A stretch of 64,000 nucleotides of DNA from Candidatus Hydrogenedentota bacterium. Its GTDB lineage: Bacteria; Hydrogenedentota; Hydrogenedentia; Hydrogenedentales; SLHB01. The position numbers and the translations under genes are program-made. The notes beneath the pieces are model-generated. The model was not told the origin of the DNA, did no database searches, and was given only the letters and a program-made list of their open reading frames with translations. The stretch covers positions 32,001 through 96,000 of the forward strand of contig CAXXYE010000009.1 of NCBI GenBank assembly GCA_963674865.2. The letters run 5' to 3'. The number at the start of each line of letters is the position of its first letter. Positions within the stretch are counted from its first letter, which is position 1. Shown one piece after another: positions 28,056-38,408 of this stretch.

Positions 28056-28937
28056 ATGTTCATTTCACTTCGTGATTGTATGGTGGATTGTGATGAGTTT
28101 GCGAGTCCCGCCGAGGGCATGCGGCATCTGGGCGTGGCGGCCGTAGAGATCGGCATCGACAGGGATTTCAACGTGTGCGCCATGGATTCGAGGGAACAAA
28201 TCACGCTCGCGTCGGATGAGGATGCCAAGGTCTACAAGAAACACCTCGACGACTTGGGCATCGAGCCTTATGCCTTCCTGACGGCGCGGGATTTCAGTGC
28301 GGGCGACATGCAGGAGAGCATCGCGTGGGTGGCGCGGGCCATCGAGCTTGCCGATCTCCTCGGGATGCCGGCGGTGCGCATCGATTCGGCCATGTCGCGC
28401 GAGCGCGAGCTGGATTTCGGGACGCGTGTCGCATTGTTTGCCGAAGGCCTCGGAGGGGCCCTCGAGCGGACGGCCGGTTCGAAGGTGGCTCTCGGCATCG
28501 AAAACCACGGCTTCCAAGGCAACAATCTGGCCTTCCAGTTGAACGTGTACAAGGCCGTCGGCTCGGAGCGGCTGGGCTCGACGATGGACACCGGTAACTT
28601 CTATTGGCGCGGCTATCCCCTCTCCGAGGTCTATGGCATCCTCACGATTCTCGCGCCCTACACGAAGCACACGCATCTCAAGAACATCAAGTATCCCGAG
28701 GACGTGCGCGAGACGACGCGGGAGAGCGGCTGGGAGTACGGGACGTACGTGTCGCCCCTCGATGAAGGGGATATCGATCACGCCAAGGTGCTACGCCTGC
28801 TGGCCGAGGCCGGATACGACGGCGACGTTTGCATCGAGGATGAATCCCTCGGGCACTATGAGCCGGGCGAGGAGCGCATCGCCGTGCTTGAGCGCGACGT
28901 CGCCCACGTGAAGGAGATCATTGAGGCGGTGGCGTAG
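28056..28937 (+). CDS. sugar phosphate isomerase/epimerase (xylose-isomerase-like TIM barrel)
   Basis: GIENHG, MDTGNF, HTHLKN, GYDGDVCIEDE. Confidence 0.9.
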   Translation: MFISLRDCMVDCDEFASPAEGMRHLGVAAVEIGIDRDFNVCAMDSREQITLASDEDAKVYKKHLDDLGIEPYAFLTARDFSAGDMQESIAWVARAIELADLLGMPAVRIDSAMSRERELDFGTRVALFAEGLGGALERTAGSKVALGIENHGFQGNNLAFQLNVYKAVGSERLGSTMDTGNFYWRGYPLSEVYGILTILAPYTKHTHLKNIKYPEDVRETTRESGWEYGTYVSPLDEGDIDHAKVLRLLAEAGYDGDVCIEDESLGHYEPGEERIAVLERDVAHVKEIIEAVA

Positions 28938-28946
28938 CGCCCGAGA

Positions 28947-29660
28947 CTACGCCTGAGGTTGGTAGTCGCTCCGGACGTGTAGCAGGCCTTCGTGCAGGTG
29001 AACGCAGCGGCCGGCCTTGGCGGCCAGGTGTTCATCGTGGGTAACGAGGACGAGCGTCATCTTCTCGGACTCGTTCAGCCGCCAGAGCAGATCAAGGATG
29101 TCTTCCCCGGTAGCCTCGTCGAGGTTGCCGGTGGGCTCATCGGCAAGGACGACGCTCGGGTCGTTGAGTAACGCGCGGGCAATGGCGACGCGCTGCTGCT
29201 CGCCGCCGCTCAGTTCGCCGGGCTTGTGCGTCATCCGCTCGGCCAGTCCCACCTTCACAAGCAATTCCTCCGCGCGCGGCTTGCTCACGCCGCGGCGCTT
29301 ACCGCGGCACAGGGCGGGCATCATCACGTTCTCGAGGGCGGTGAAATCGCCGAGGAGGTGATAGAACTGGAAGACGAAGCCAATCTGCTCGTTCCGAATC
29401 CGGTTGACAGCCGCCCGGCTCATCTTGGCGAGTGAGTTTCCCCGGAAGAAGACATCGCCTTTCGTAGGGCGATCCAGCGTGCCCATGATGTGAAGCAGCG
29501 TGCTCTTGCCGACACCGCTGGGGCCGCTGATGGCCAGGACTTCCCCGTCCCGGACACTCACGTCGATACCGCGGAGGATCTTCAGTTCGCGGTTGCCGTC
29601 CCAGTACGACTTCGTCAAGCCGCGGCATTCGATGACATTGCTCTGCACGTCGCTACTCAT
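28947..29660 (-). CDS. lolD: lipoprotein-releasing ABC transporter ATP-binding subunit
   Basis: GPSGVGKST, IGFVFQFYHLL, LSGGEQQRVAIARAL, ADEPTGNLD; next to lolC/E. Confidence 0.88.
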   Translation of the reverse strand: MSSDVQSNVIECRGLTKSYWDGNRELKILRGIDVSVRDGEVLAISGPSGVGKSTLLHIMGTLDRPTKGDVFFRGNSLAKMSRAAVNRIRNEQIGFVFQFYHLLGDFTALENVMMPALCRGKRRGVSKPRAEELLVKVGLAERMTHKPGELSGGEQQRVAIARALLNDPSVVLADEPTGNLDEATGEDILDLLWRLNESEKMTLVLVTHDEHLAAKAGRCVHLHEGLLHVRSDYQPQA

Positions 29661-30915
29661 AGCGGAGGGCATCCACGGGTTCGAGGCGGGCCGCGCTCCA
29701 CGCGGGATAGAGCGTGGAAATGAACGTCAATGCCACGGCCGAAAGTGTAATCCAGGCAATATCCAAAGGAACTACCGCCACGGGGATGCGGTCGAAGTAG
29801 TAGATCTGGCTGTCAAAAATCGGGACGTTGAACGTGTTGGCGATGAACTCAGCGACGGCATTGAGATTGTAAGCGAGAACGGTGCCGGCGGCCACGCCCG
29901 CAAGGGCGCCGGTAAGGCCGATGAACAGTCCTTCGAGCACAAAGAGGAGGAGTATGGAGCCGCTGCCGGCTCCGAGCGTGCGAAGAATGCCGATATCGCG
30001 CCGCTTCTCCATCACCACCATGATGAGCGTGCTCGTGATGTTGAAGGCGGCGACGAGGATGATGAAGGCCAGGATGATGAACATGACGAGCTTCTCCTGG
30101 CGCAGCGCCTCGAAAAAGGTTTGATCGCTTTCATACCAGGTGACGGCGCGGTAGCCTAGGTCGATGAGGACGCGCTCGGCCACCGCGTCGGCCCGGAAGG
30201 GGTCGTCCAGCTTGCAGTGGATAGCGTCGGCGCCATCGCGGCCGGTGAGCATCGCCACCGTTGCGAGGTCCACAAAGCCGTACATCGAGTCGAGGTCGGA
30301 CATCTGCGCCTCGGAGATGCCGCTCACCGTCAACCAGAGTCGCTGCCCCTCCCGCAGGCTGGCTGGAGTCATTCTCTCCCGGAAGGTAAGCAGCGAAATC
30401 GCATCCCCGATGCCCACGCCCAGGCGATCGGCGAGCCGGTAGCCGAGGACAATCTCCTTTTCGCCGGGCAGACGCCCTCGCCCATGGGTGCGTCCCCGCT
30501 CAGGGGTGAGGTTACTGGCGAGTTCGGTGACCTTCGACTCCCGGGCCGGGTCGATGCCGATGATGATGCCCCCCGTCGCAAAGGCGTGGCCGTAGCGCCG
30601 GCTCTGCAGAAGCGCTTCCACCTGGCTCAGCGGCGCCGATGCGATAATCTCCGGGCAATGCGCTTCGACCTCGGCAATGACGGCCTCGGGATCGGACATC
30701 GGGCCGCTGAAATCTTCGACGGTGAGGTGCGATCGATTCCCGATGATGGCCTCGCGGAGGGCGATGTCGAAGCCTGTCATGACGCTCATAACCACGATGA
30801 GCGTCATCACGCCGACGCTTACGCCCGCGATGGAGATGATGGTGATCAGGCTGACGAGCCGGTTCTTGCGCTTCCCCCGGAGGTATCGGAAGGCTATATA
30901 GGACTCAAAACGCAT
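29653..30915 (-). CDS. lolE: lipoprotein-releasing ABC transporter permease LolC/E
   Basis: IAFRYLR, VMSVMTGF, VAAFNI..VMEKRRDIGILRTLG, YPAWSAARLEPVDALRYE. Confidence 0.88.
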   Translation of the reverse strand: MRFESYIAFRYLRGKRKNRLVSLITIISIAGVSVGVMTLIVVMSVMTGFDIALREAIIGNRSHLTVEDFSGPMSDPEAVIAEVEAHCPEIIASAPLSQVEALLQSRRYGHAFATGGIIIGIDPARESKVTELASNLTPERGRTHGRGRLPGEKEIVLGYRLADRLGVGIGDAISLLTFRERMTPASLREGQRLWLTVSGISEAQMSDLDSMYGFVDLATVAMLTGRDGADAIHCKLDDPFRADAVAERVLIDLGYRAVTWYESDQTFFEALRQEKLVMFIILAFIILVAAFNITSTLIMVVMEKRRDIGILRTLGAGSGSILLLFVLEGLFIGLTGALAGVAAGTVLAYNLNAVAEFIANTFNVPIFDSQIYYFDRIPVAVVPLDIAWITLSAVALTFISTLYPAWSAARLEPVDALRYE

Positions 30916-30941
30916 CGCGTCGGGATGCCGTCCTTATGTGT

Positions 30942-32447
30942 CTATTCCACGGTTCGGAGCTGCGGGAAGAAGATAACCTCCCGGATGGATGCAGAATCCG
31001 TCAGCAGCATGGCAAGCCGGTCGATGCCGACGCCCAAGCCCGCAGTGGGCGGCATGCCGACCTCGAGAGCCGCGATGAAATCTTCATCGAGTCGCTGGGC
31101 CTCATCATCGCCGAGCTCGCGCAGCTTCAACTGGTTCATGAACCGCTCGCGTTGATCGATAGGGTCATTAAGCTCCGTGAAGGCGTTGCAGAGTTCGAGC
31201 CGGCCGATGAAGATCTGAAACCGCTCGACAAGCTCGGGATTGTCCCGCTTCTTCTTGGCCAAAGGCGATATCTCGATGGGATAGTCATAGAGGAATGTCG
31301 GCTGAACCAGGTTCGGCTGGACCTTCTCGCTCATGACTTCGTCCACGATCTTGCCGTAACCCATGGCGGGATCCACTTCGAGCCCGATGCCCTCCGCGAG
31401 CTTCGCCGCCTCTTCGCGGTCGCACGTCGCCTCGAGGTCGATGCCGGCATGCTGCCGGATGGCCTCGAACAACGGTACGCGCCGCCACGGGCGGGCCGCG
31501 TCGATGGAATCGCCTTGATACTCGAAGCTGGAACTGCCAACGACCTCCTCGATCACGCTTACCAGGAGTTCCTCCGTTTCATCCATCAAACCAACGTAAT
31601 CCTGGTAGGCCTCGTAGAGTTCCATCATGGTGAACTCGGGATTGTGCTTGGTGTCCACGCCCTCGTTGCGGAAATTGCGGTTGATCTCGAACACCTTCTC
31701 GAATCCGCCCACGATGAGGCGCTTGAGATAGAGTTCGGGCGCGACGCGGAGATAGAGGTCGCGGTCGTAGGTGTTGTGATGCGTGATGAAGGGACGGGCC
31801 GTTGCGCCGCCGGGGATGGGCTGCAACATGGGCGTCTCGACCTCGAGGAAGCCGCGCTGCGACAGCCACGCGCGCATCGAGGCGATCATGGCGGAGCGGC
31901 GGCGGAAGGTCTCCATCACCTCCGGATTCGCCACAAGGTCAAGGTAGCGTTGACGGTAGCGCGTCTCGACGTCGGTAAGGCCGTGGTATTTCTCGGGCAA
32001 AGGCCGCAGGGACTTCGTCAGGATGGTGTACGATGAGACGCGGACGCTGATCTCCCCGCGCCGCGTGCGGAACACAGGCCCCTCCACACCGACAAAATCG
32101 CCGATATCCAGGTCCTTCAACTGATCGAAGGCGTCCTCGCCGAGGTCATTCTTGCGGAGGAAAAGCTGTATTCGGGCGGCGCCGTCACGGAGATCGGCAA
32201 AAGCGACCTTTCCTTGATCCCGGAAGGCGACGAGGCGTCCGGCGAGCCGCACGGGAGGCAGGTCCAAGTCCTGGGACTCGGACGCCGCAGCCTCCGCTTC
32301 TTCAAAGGCCGCGCGAGCTTCGGCGACAGTACACGAGCGCTCGAAGATATACTTGAAGGGCACATCGCCGCGCTCGCGAATACGCGCGAGTTTGTCGAGC
32401 CGATGCTGAATCAGGTCGGTTTCGGTATGGTGATATTCTTGCTCCAT
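30942..32447 (-). CDS. lysS: lysine--tRNA ligase (class II)
   Basis: LRPLPEKYHGL, RYRQRYLDL, GGATARPF, FRNEG..HNPEFTMME, GMPPTAGLGVGIDRL. Confidence 0.97.
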   Translation of the reverse strand: MEQEYHHTETDLIQHRLDKLARIRERGDVPFKYIFERSCTVAEARAAFEEAEAAASESQDLDLPPVRLAGRLVAFRDQGKVAFADLRDGAARIQLFLRKNDLGEDAFDQLKDLDIGDFVGVEGPVFRTRRGEISVRVSSYTILTKSLRPLPEKYHGLTDVETRYRQRYLDLVANPEVMETFRRRSAMIASMRAWLSQRGFLEVETPMLQPIPGGATARPFITHHNTYDRDLYLRVAPELYLKRLIVGGFEKVFEINRNFRNEGVDTKHNPEFTMMELYEAYQDYVGLMDETEELLVSVIEEVVGSSSFEYQGDSIDAARPWRRVPLFEAIRQHAGIDLEATCDREEAAKLAEGIGLEVDPAMGYGKIVDEVMSEKVQPNLVQPTFLYDYPIEISPLAKKKRDNPELVERFQIFIGRLELCNAFTELNDPIDQRERFMNQLKLRELGDDEAQRLDEDFIAALEVGMPPTAGLGVGIDRLAMLLTDSASIREVIFFPQLRTVE

Positions 32448-32452
32448 GCTGT

Positions 32453-33565
32453 CTATTTGTGGCCTTTCCTCTCCAGATTCCACTTGAGATAGGCTTCAAT
32501 GAAAAGGTCAATGTCGCCGTCCAACACCCGATCTACATTGCTGGTTTCCGCGTTGGTTCGATGATCCTTGATCATCTGATAAGGCTGGAGGACGTAGCTG
32601 CGGATTTGGCTGCCCCAGGCGACGTCCTGCTGCTCCTCACGCTGGGCGGCCAAATCGGCCTCTTGCTTCCTCAGTTCGAGGTCGTAGAGTTTCGCACGCA
32701 GGAATTGGAGCGCGACGGCCCGGTTGCGGTGCTGTGAACGCTCGACCTGGCAGGCGACGACAATGCCTGTGGGGAGGTGGGTAAGGCGGACGGCGGAACT
32801 GGTCTTGTTGACCTTCTGGCCGCCATGCCCGCTGGCCCGGTAGACATCCATCTTGATGTCTTCATCGCGCACCTCGATCTCGATATCCTCATCAACCTCG
32901 GTGAGCACCTCAATGGCCGCGAATGATGTGTGGCGGCGGCGAGAGGCATCGAAGGGGGAGATGCGGACGAGCCGGTGGACGCCGGATTCGGACTTCAGAT
33001 GGCCGTAGGCGAATGGCCCGCTCACGGTGATGGTGGCGCTCTTGAGCCCGGCCTCATCGCCCGGTTGGTACTCCACCACCTCGACGGCGTATTCGTTGCT
33101 CTCACACCAGCGCAGTATCATACGGAAAAGCATCTCGGCCCAGTCACAGGACTCCGTGCCGCCGGCGCCGGGATGGATGCTGAGGATGACGTTCTTCTCG
33201 TCTCGCGGGTCGCAGAACAAGCTGTTGAGTTCGAGGCGTGAGAGCTTCTCGTCGAGCCCTTTCGCAAGCTCGACGATCTCGTTCTTCATGGACGGGTCGC
33301 CTTCTTCCTGAGCAAGTTCAACAAGGACGACGGCGTCCTCTATCTCGCGTCCCAATTCATCCGGCGCGGCCACCAGCCCTTTGAAGCTCTTGAGCTTTTG
33401 GACAGTCTTCTGGGCCGAGTCCGGATCATCCCAGAATCCGGGGGCGCTCATTATCGTCTCGAGATCGCGGATCTGCGCCTTGGCGCCCTCGACGTTCAGA
33501 CAGGCGCGAAGTTCTTTCAGGCGCGCTTCGAAGGCCCGGATACTTTCGGCTTCTTCCTCGTACAT
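32453..33565 (-). CDS. prfB: peptide chain release factor 2 (continuous ORF, no programmed frameshift)
   Basis: SPF motif (RISPFD), GGQ, WGSQIRSYV. Confidence 0.96.
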   Translation of the reverse strand: MYEEEAESIRAFEARLKELRACLNVEGAKAQIRDLETIMSAPGFWDDPDSAQKTVQKLKSFKGLVAAPDELGREIEDAVVLVELAQEEGDPSMKNEIVELAKGLDEKLSRLELNSLFCDPRDEKNVILSIHPGAGGTESCDWAEMLFRMILRWCESNEYAVEVVEYQPGDEAGLKSATITVSGPFAYGHLKSESGVHRLVRISPFDASRRRHTSFAAIEVLTEVDEDIEIEVRDEDIKMDVYRASGHGGQKVNKTSSAVRLTHLPTGIVVACQVERSQHRNRAVALQFLRAKLYDLELRKQEADLAAQREEQQDVAWGSQIRSYVLQPYQMIKDHRTNAETSNVDRVLDGDIDLFIEAYLKWNLERKGHK

Positions 33566-33594
33566 CGCGTTTGCTAATGCTCCTGCGGCCGCTC

Positions 33595-34431
33595 TTAAGA
33601 CTGAATGAGCGGCGTGACAATATAGTACAAGACGGGCGCGGCGAAGAGTAAACCATCGCAGCGGTCCAGGACGCCGCCGTGCCCTGGGAAGACAATGCCC
33701 GAGTCCTTCACACCTGCGTCACGCTTCAGGCAGGACTCCGCCAAGTCCCCGATCTGAGCGGTAATGGAAAGGATGGCGCCGGCTTGTATGAAGCGGGCGA
33801 CGGGCCAGTCGGGCAGGATGCTCCATCCATACACGCGCCGGAGCCAGTAGAGGCCGACCATTCCCGCCAATGCCGCCGCGAATCCCGCAAGAGCCCCTTC
33901 CCAGGTCTTGTTGGGACTGACTTTGGGCGCGAGCTTGTGCCGCCCGATGACGGAGCCCGCGAGGTAGGCGCAGCAATCCGTTAGAGGGACAACGACAAAG
34001 AGGATGGTGACAAGCGCCGGGCCGTCTCCCGGGACACTTCGCAGCATGAGAATATGCGCGCTCAGCCATCCCACGTAGAACACGCCGAAAGCGGAACTCG
34101 CCAGGCCGGCTACGGAATGCTGTCCGCGCACAATGTGCAACGCGGATACGAGCAGGCAAGCCCCGTACAACACCAAATTCGTGGCGACGGGATTCCCGCA
34201 GTGGCCGGAAAGAGCCACCAACGTACCGGACAGGATGCCGCCGATGGTTTCGGGAGAGATCTCACGTGCCCGCACGATGGCGTAGTATTCGTAAAGGCCG
34301 ATGGCGACGTAGAATCCGATGAATAGGGTGAAGCCCACGCGCAACGCGGGAATCCAAGCCAAGGCCATGACGCAAGGCAACGCCACGAAGGCCGTGACAG
34401 CGCGGAGGAGGAGTGAGCCGGGCCTCTTCAT
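33595..34431 (-). CDS. cdsA: phosphatidate cytidylyltransferase
   Basis: SPNKTWEG, GDLAESCLKR..VKDSG..PGHGGVLDRCD. Confidence 0.95.
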   Translation of the reverse strand: MKRPGSLLLRAVTAFVALPCVMALAWIPALRVGFTLFIGFYVAIGLYEYYAIVRAREISPETIGGILSGTLVALSGHCGNPVATNLVLYGACLLVSALHIVRGQHSVAGLASSAFGVFYVGWLSAHILMLRSVPGDGPALVTILFVVVPLTDCCAYLAGSVIGRHKLAPKVSPNKTWEGALAGFAAALAGMVGLYWLRRVYGWSILPDWPVARFIQAGAILSITAQIGDLAESCLKRDAGVKDSGIVFPGHGGVLDRCDGLLFAAPVLYYIVTPLIQS

Positions 34432-34436
34432 CGCGG

Positions 34437-35162
34437 CTACCGCCCGCCGAATCGTCTATGCCGCGCCTGATACTCAGCGATGGCCTTATAGAGGTGCCGC
34501 TTCCGAAAGTCAGGCCAAAGCGTCGGCGTTATCACGATCTCAGCATAGGAGAGTTGCCAAAGCATGAAATTGCTCAGACGCATTTCGCCGCTGGTTCGGA
34601 TAAGCAAGTCGAGTTCCGGCAGCTCGGGCACGTAGAGGCGCTGGGCGATGCTGGCCTCGTCGATGTCGTCAACATCGAGCGTTCCCGCTTGAACATCTCG
34701 GGCGACAGCCTTGGCTGCGTCGGCTATCTCCGTGCGGGCGCCATAATTGATGGCGATATTGAGGATCATGGACTTGTTATTGGCCGTAAGACTCATGCAG
34801 CGGTTCAGGTCCTTGATGACTCTCGTTGACAAGTCCTCCATGCGCCCCATGATCGTGCAGCGAATATCCTGCCTGTGGATACTGTCAAGTTCGCGCTCGA
34901 TATACAGGGAAAGCAAGCGGAACAGCGCGGAGACTTCATACTTGGGCCTGCGCCAGTTCTCGGTGGAGAAGGCATAGAGCGTCAGGGCGTCGATCCCCCC
35001 CAATTCCCGGCACGCCTCTACGATGGCACGAACACTTTCGGCCCCGGCCTCATGGCCTGCGGTCCGGCTCACGCCATGCCTCTCCGCCCACCGCCCGTTG
35101 CCGTCCATGATGACAGCGATGTGCCGCGGAAGATGCTCCATATCGATATCCGGCAATGACAT
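34437..35162 (-). CDS. uppS: undecaprenyl-diphosphate synthase
   Basis: HIAVIMDGNGRWA, YAFSTENWRRP, IRTSGEMRLSNF. Confidence 0.96.
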   Translation of the reverse strand: MSLPDIDMEHLPRHIAVIMDGNGRWAERHGVSRTAGHEAGAESVRAIVEACRELGGIDALTLYAFSTENWRRPKYEVSALFRLLSLYIERELDSIHRQDIRCTIMGRMEDLSTRVIKDLNRCMSLTANNKSMILNIAINYGARTEIADAAKAVARDVQAGTLDVDDIDEASIAQRLYVPELPELDLLIRTSGEMRLSNFMLWQLSYAEIVITPTLWPDFRKRHLYKAIAEYQARHRRFGGR

Positions 35163-35310
35163 AAGCTTTGTACTCGGGGAGCGCCCCACCAAGACCTATC
35201 GGCCGCTACGGCCCGGCCCCTTCGACAAGAAAACCGCGGGGCCTGTGCTCGTGGCGTCCGACTCCGCGGCCTAAGGTGACTTCAGCTCGGACGGGCCTTC
35301 GACAAGACGC

Positions 35311-35868
35311 TCAGACCTCCATGATCTCGGCTTCTTTGGCCTTGAGCGCTTCATCGACCTTGCCGCAGTATTCGTCGGTAATCCGCTGGACCTCGGCACT
35401 CAGCTTGTGGGCGTCGTCCTCGGGGATATCGCCATCCTTCTGACTCTTCTTGATCTCGTCTACGGCGTGGCGGCGCACGTTTCGGATGGCGATCTTTGTC
35501 TCCTCGGCGGCTTTACCCACAACCTTGACAAGATCCTTCCGCCGTTCTTCCGTTAAGGAAGGAATGGGGATTCGGATCACCTTGCCGTCGTTGGATGGCG
35601 TCAGGTCGAGGGGGGAAGCCAGAATCGCCTTCTCGATAGCCTTCATCTGCGACTTGTCCCACGGAGCAACAATCAGCAGGCGGGCTTCAGGCGCTGTCAC
35701 ATTGGCAACCTGGTTAAGCTTCATCGCGGAGCCGTAGGCTTCCACCTCTATCCCGTCCAGCAGCCCGACCGACGCACGGCCAGTTCGTATGGACGTCAGC
35801 TCCTGTTTGAAGGCATCGAGGCTTTTCTCCATCTTCGCCTTAGCTTCCCGCTCGGACGCGTGCGACAT
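35311..35868 (-). CDS. frr: ribosome recycling factor
   Basis: IRTGRAS, PSLTEERRKDLVK, IRNVRR. Confidence 0.97.
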   Translation of the reverse strand: MSHASEREAKAKMEKSLDAFKQELTSIRTGRASVGLLDGIEVEAYGSAMKLNQVANVTAPEARLLIVAPWDKSQMKAIEKAILASPLDLTPSNDGKVIRIPIPSLTEERRKDLVKVVGKAAEETKIAIRNVRRHAVDEIKKSQKDGDIPEDDAHKLSAEVQRITDEYCGKVDEALKAKEAEIMEV

Positions 35869-36591
35869 CTACTTGTCTCCTTTCACGATCGTTCCGATTG
35901 GCTCACCCTGCAGTGCCTTAATAATACTGCCGGGACTGCGCAAATTAAAGACGAGTATGGGTAGGCCATTGTCCCGGCAGAGCGAGAGGGCGGCGGCGTC
36001 CATGACCCGGAGATCCTTCGCCAAGGCCATCGTATACGTCAGCTCCTCGTAGCGAACGGCATCGTGGTTCACGGCGGGGTCGCTATCGTAAACGCCGTCC
36101 ACCTTGGTGGCCTTGAAGAGGGCCTGCGCGCCTATCTCCGTGGCGCGCAACGCGGCGGCTGTATCCGTCGTGAAGAAAGGGTTGCCCGTTCCCGCGCCGA
36201 AAATGACGACGCGCCCCTTTTCAAGATGGCGGATGGCCCGTCGACGAATATACGGCTCAGCGAGAGGACGCATCTCGATGGCGGTCATCACGCGCGTTGC
36301 CACTTCCTTCCGCTCGAGCATCGCCTGTAAGGCGAGCGAGTTGATCACGGTGGCCAGCATACCGATGTAGTCCCCGGTAGCGCGGTCAATACCTGTTTCG
36401 GCGCCCTCGATGCCCCGGAAGATGTTGCCGCCGCCGACCACCACACCGACGTCCACGTTCATGCGGCGTATCGAGGCTATATCGTCGCACAGGCACCCCA
36501 GCGTGGGCCAGTCAATTCCCCGGGAACCGCTGCCTCGCAGGGCCTCACCGCTTACCTTGAGAACGATACGGTCGTAGACAGGTGCTCCCAA
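35869..36591 (-). CDS. pyrH: UMP kinase
   Basis: [34 protein letters not shown] start with AAGGAG SD. Confidence 0.97.
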   Translation of the reverse strand: MGAPVYDRIVLKVSGEALRGSGSRGIDWPTLGCLCDDIASIRRMNVDVGVVVGGGNIFRGIEGAETGIDRATGDYIGMLATVINSLALQAMLERKEVATRVMTAIEMRPLAEPYIRRRAIRHLEKGRVVIFGAGTGNPFFTTDTAAALRATEIGAQALFKATKVDGVYDSDPAVNHDAVRYEELTYTMALAKDLRVMDAAALSLCRDNGLPILVFNLRSPGSIIKALQGEPIGTIVKGDK

Positions 36592-36645
36592 CCTGTTGCT
36601 CTCCTTGCAGTTCCCGAGGATTCACGCCCGACGCAACCGCGTCTG

Positions 36646-37248
36646 CTACGAAAGATCCTCGCCGCGCTCAAACCGGACAAACCGGCGAACGACGATGTTT
36701 TCTCCCAACTTGCCGCTGAGTTCCTTTGTCAAGTCCGTGATGGTCGTGTCGGGATTCTTGACGAACGCCTGTTCCATGAGACAAACCTGGGAATACCACT
36801 TCTTCAGTTTGCCCTCGGCGATCTTCTCGCTAACATTCGCGGGCTTGCCCATGTCGACGGCCTGCTTCGTGTAGAGGTCGCGTTCCGCGCTGACGGCCGC
36901 TTCCGGAACGTCTTCCTGGGCCACCCACAGAGGCGCAGCCGAGCAAACTTGGAGGCACACGTCCCTGCAGAATGCTTGGAATTCGTCGCATCGGGCCACG
37001 AAATCGGTTTCGCAGTTCACTTCCACAAGCACGCCGATGCGCCCTCCCATGTGGACGTACGACGCCACGGCGCCTTCACTTGCCGCACGGTCGGCCCGCT
37101 TGGCCGCAGCCGCGAGATTCTTCTCCCGAAGCCATTGAACGGCCTTCTCGAAATCGCCGGTTGTCTCCGTTAGCGCCTTCTTGCAGTCCATCATGCCCGC
37201 GTTTGTCGCGTCTCGCAAGGCTTTGACATCCTTGGCTGTAAATGCCAT
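36646..37248 (-). CDS. tsf: elongation factor Ts (short form)
   Basis: [39 protein letters not shown]. Confidence 0.96.
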   Translation of the reverse strand: MAFTAKDVKALRDATNAGMMDCKKALTETTGDFEKAVQWLREKNLAAAAKRADRAASEGAVASYVHMGGRIGVLVEVNCETDFVARCDEFQAFCRDVCLQVCSAAPLWVAQEDVPEAAVSAERDLYTKQAVDMGKPANVSEKIAEGKLKKWYSQVCLMEQAFVKNPDTTITDLTKELSGKLGENIVVRRFVRFERGEDLS

Positions 37249-37263
37249 TACTGAATACACTCC

Positions 37264-38127
37264 TTATTGCTCAGTACCATCGGTTTCGGCTGCGCTGTCC
37301 GCGACGGCGGCCTCAGTGACCTCCACCGCCGGGGCTTCATCGGCAACGGGCTGCGGTTTAACCGGCTCGTCGACCTGCTTGCTCGAGGCCACAGGTTCCT
37401 TCCGGGGGGCGGGGGCGGCAGGTTCATCGGCGCGCACCTTCTCCGCACGCATCCGCCCCTCCATCACAGCATCCGCCATGAGTTTGCAGAAGAGGTTCAC
37501 GGCGCGAATGGCGTCGTCGTTGCCGGGAATCGGAAGGGACACCGCATCCGGGTCGCAGTTGGTGTCCACGATGCCTACGCTCTCGATCTCAAGGCGCTTG
37601 GCTTCACGCACGGCTATGGCCTCTTTCTTGGCATCAATGACGAACATCACCTGAGGCACGCGGCCCATCTTCTTGATGCCGCAGAGGTTAGCGTCGAGCT
37701 TTTCCCGTTCCTTGCGCAGCTTGATAGCTTCCTTCTTCGTGTATTGCTCAATTTTCCCGCTCTCCTCGAGCTCCTCGAGGTCAAGAAGGCGCTGAATGCT
37801 CTTGCAGATCGTTTCCCAGTTGGTGAGCGTGCCGCCAAGCCACCGGTTGTTGACGTAGAACATCCCACAACGTTGTGCTTCACGCGCGATGGCCTCTTGA
37901 GCCTGACGCTTCGTGCCGACAAAGAGCACGGCGCCACCCTTGGCAACGGTGTCCCGCACGCAGGCGTAGGCCCTGAGCAGTTGACGCATGGTCCGCTGCA
38001 AGTCAATGATATACACGCCGTTACGCTGGCCGAAGATGTAGGGCGCCATTTTCGGATTCCAACGGCGGGTTTGATGGCCGAAATGGATCCCGGCCTCGAG
38101 AAGTTGACGCATGGTAATTGGGGGCAT
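37264..38127 (-). CDS. rpsB: 30S ribosomal protein S2
   Basis: [44 protein letters not shown]; acidic Ala/Pro tail. Confidence 0.97.
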   Translation of the reverse strand: MPPITMRQLLEAGIHFGHQTRRWNPKMAPYIFGQRNGVYIIDLQRTMRQLLRAYACVRDTVAKGGAVLFVGTKRQAQEAIAREAQRCGMFYVNNRWLGGTLTNWETICKSIQRLLDLEELEESGKIEQYTKKEAIKLRKEREKLDANLCGIKKMGRVPQVMFVIDAKKEAIAVREAKRLEIESVGIVDTNCDPDAVSLPIPGNDDAIRAVNLFCKLMADAVMEGRMRAEKVRADEPAAPAPRKEPVASSKQVDEPVKPQPVADEAPAVEVTEAAVADSAAETDGTEQ

Positions 38128-38134
38128 TGAAGAT

Positions 38135-38222
38135 CTCCCTTGGGTTAGTCCTTGGAGCCCTTGCGACAGACCCGGCCACATGGCCAGGCACCCAGGCCGT
38201 CATAAGGCGTGGGCTCCTGTGA
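38135..38222 (-). ncRNA. rpsB (S2) leader cis-regulatory RNA
   Basis: On the transcript, GGAGCCC pairs with GGGCTCC around an inner UGGCC/GGCCG stem, and GGGU could pseudoknot with downstream AACCC. Promoter-like TTGCGC..TGnTATTGT lies just upstream (~38239-38268). Confidence 0.5.
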
Positions 38223-38408
38223 ATTGCAAAACCGGTAGACAATAGCATACGGCCGTGGTTTCGCGCAAACCAAGGCGAGACAGTGCAATATGCCTGACGA
38301 CGGACATCGGCCAAGTGTCGCCCATCAGGTCGCTTTGAAGTCCTCCGCCGGTATTGTTAGACTCACTTGGCCGGGAGGGAGTGGCACCTGAGAATGCGGA
38401 GGCAGGCA

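Noticed and set aside
36646..37248. Short (~200 aa) EF-Ts
   Set aside because: The short dimeric form is well known in several phyla; not a truncation.
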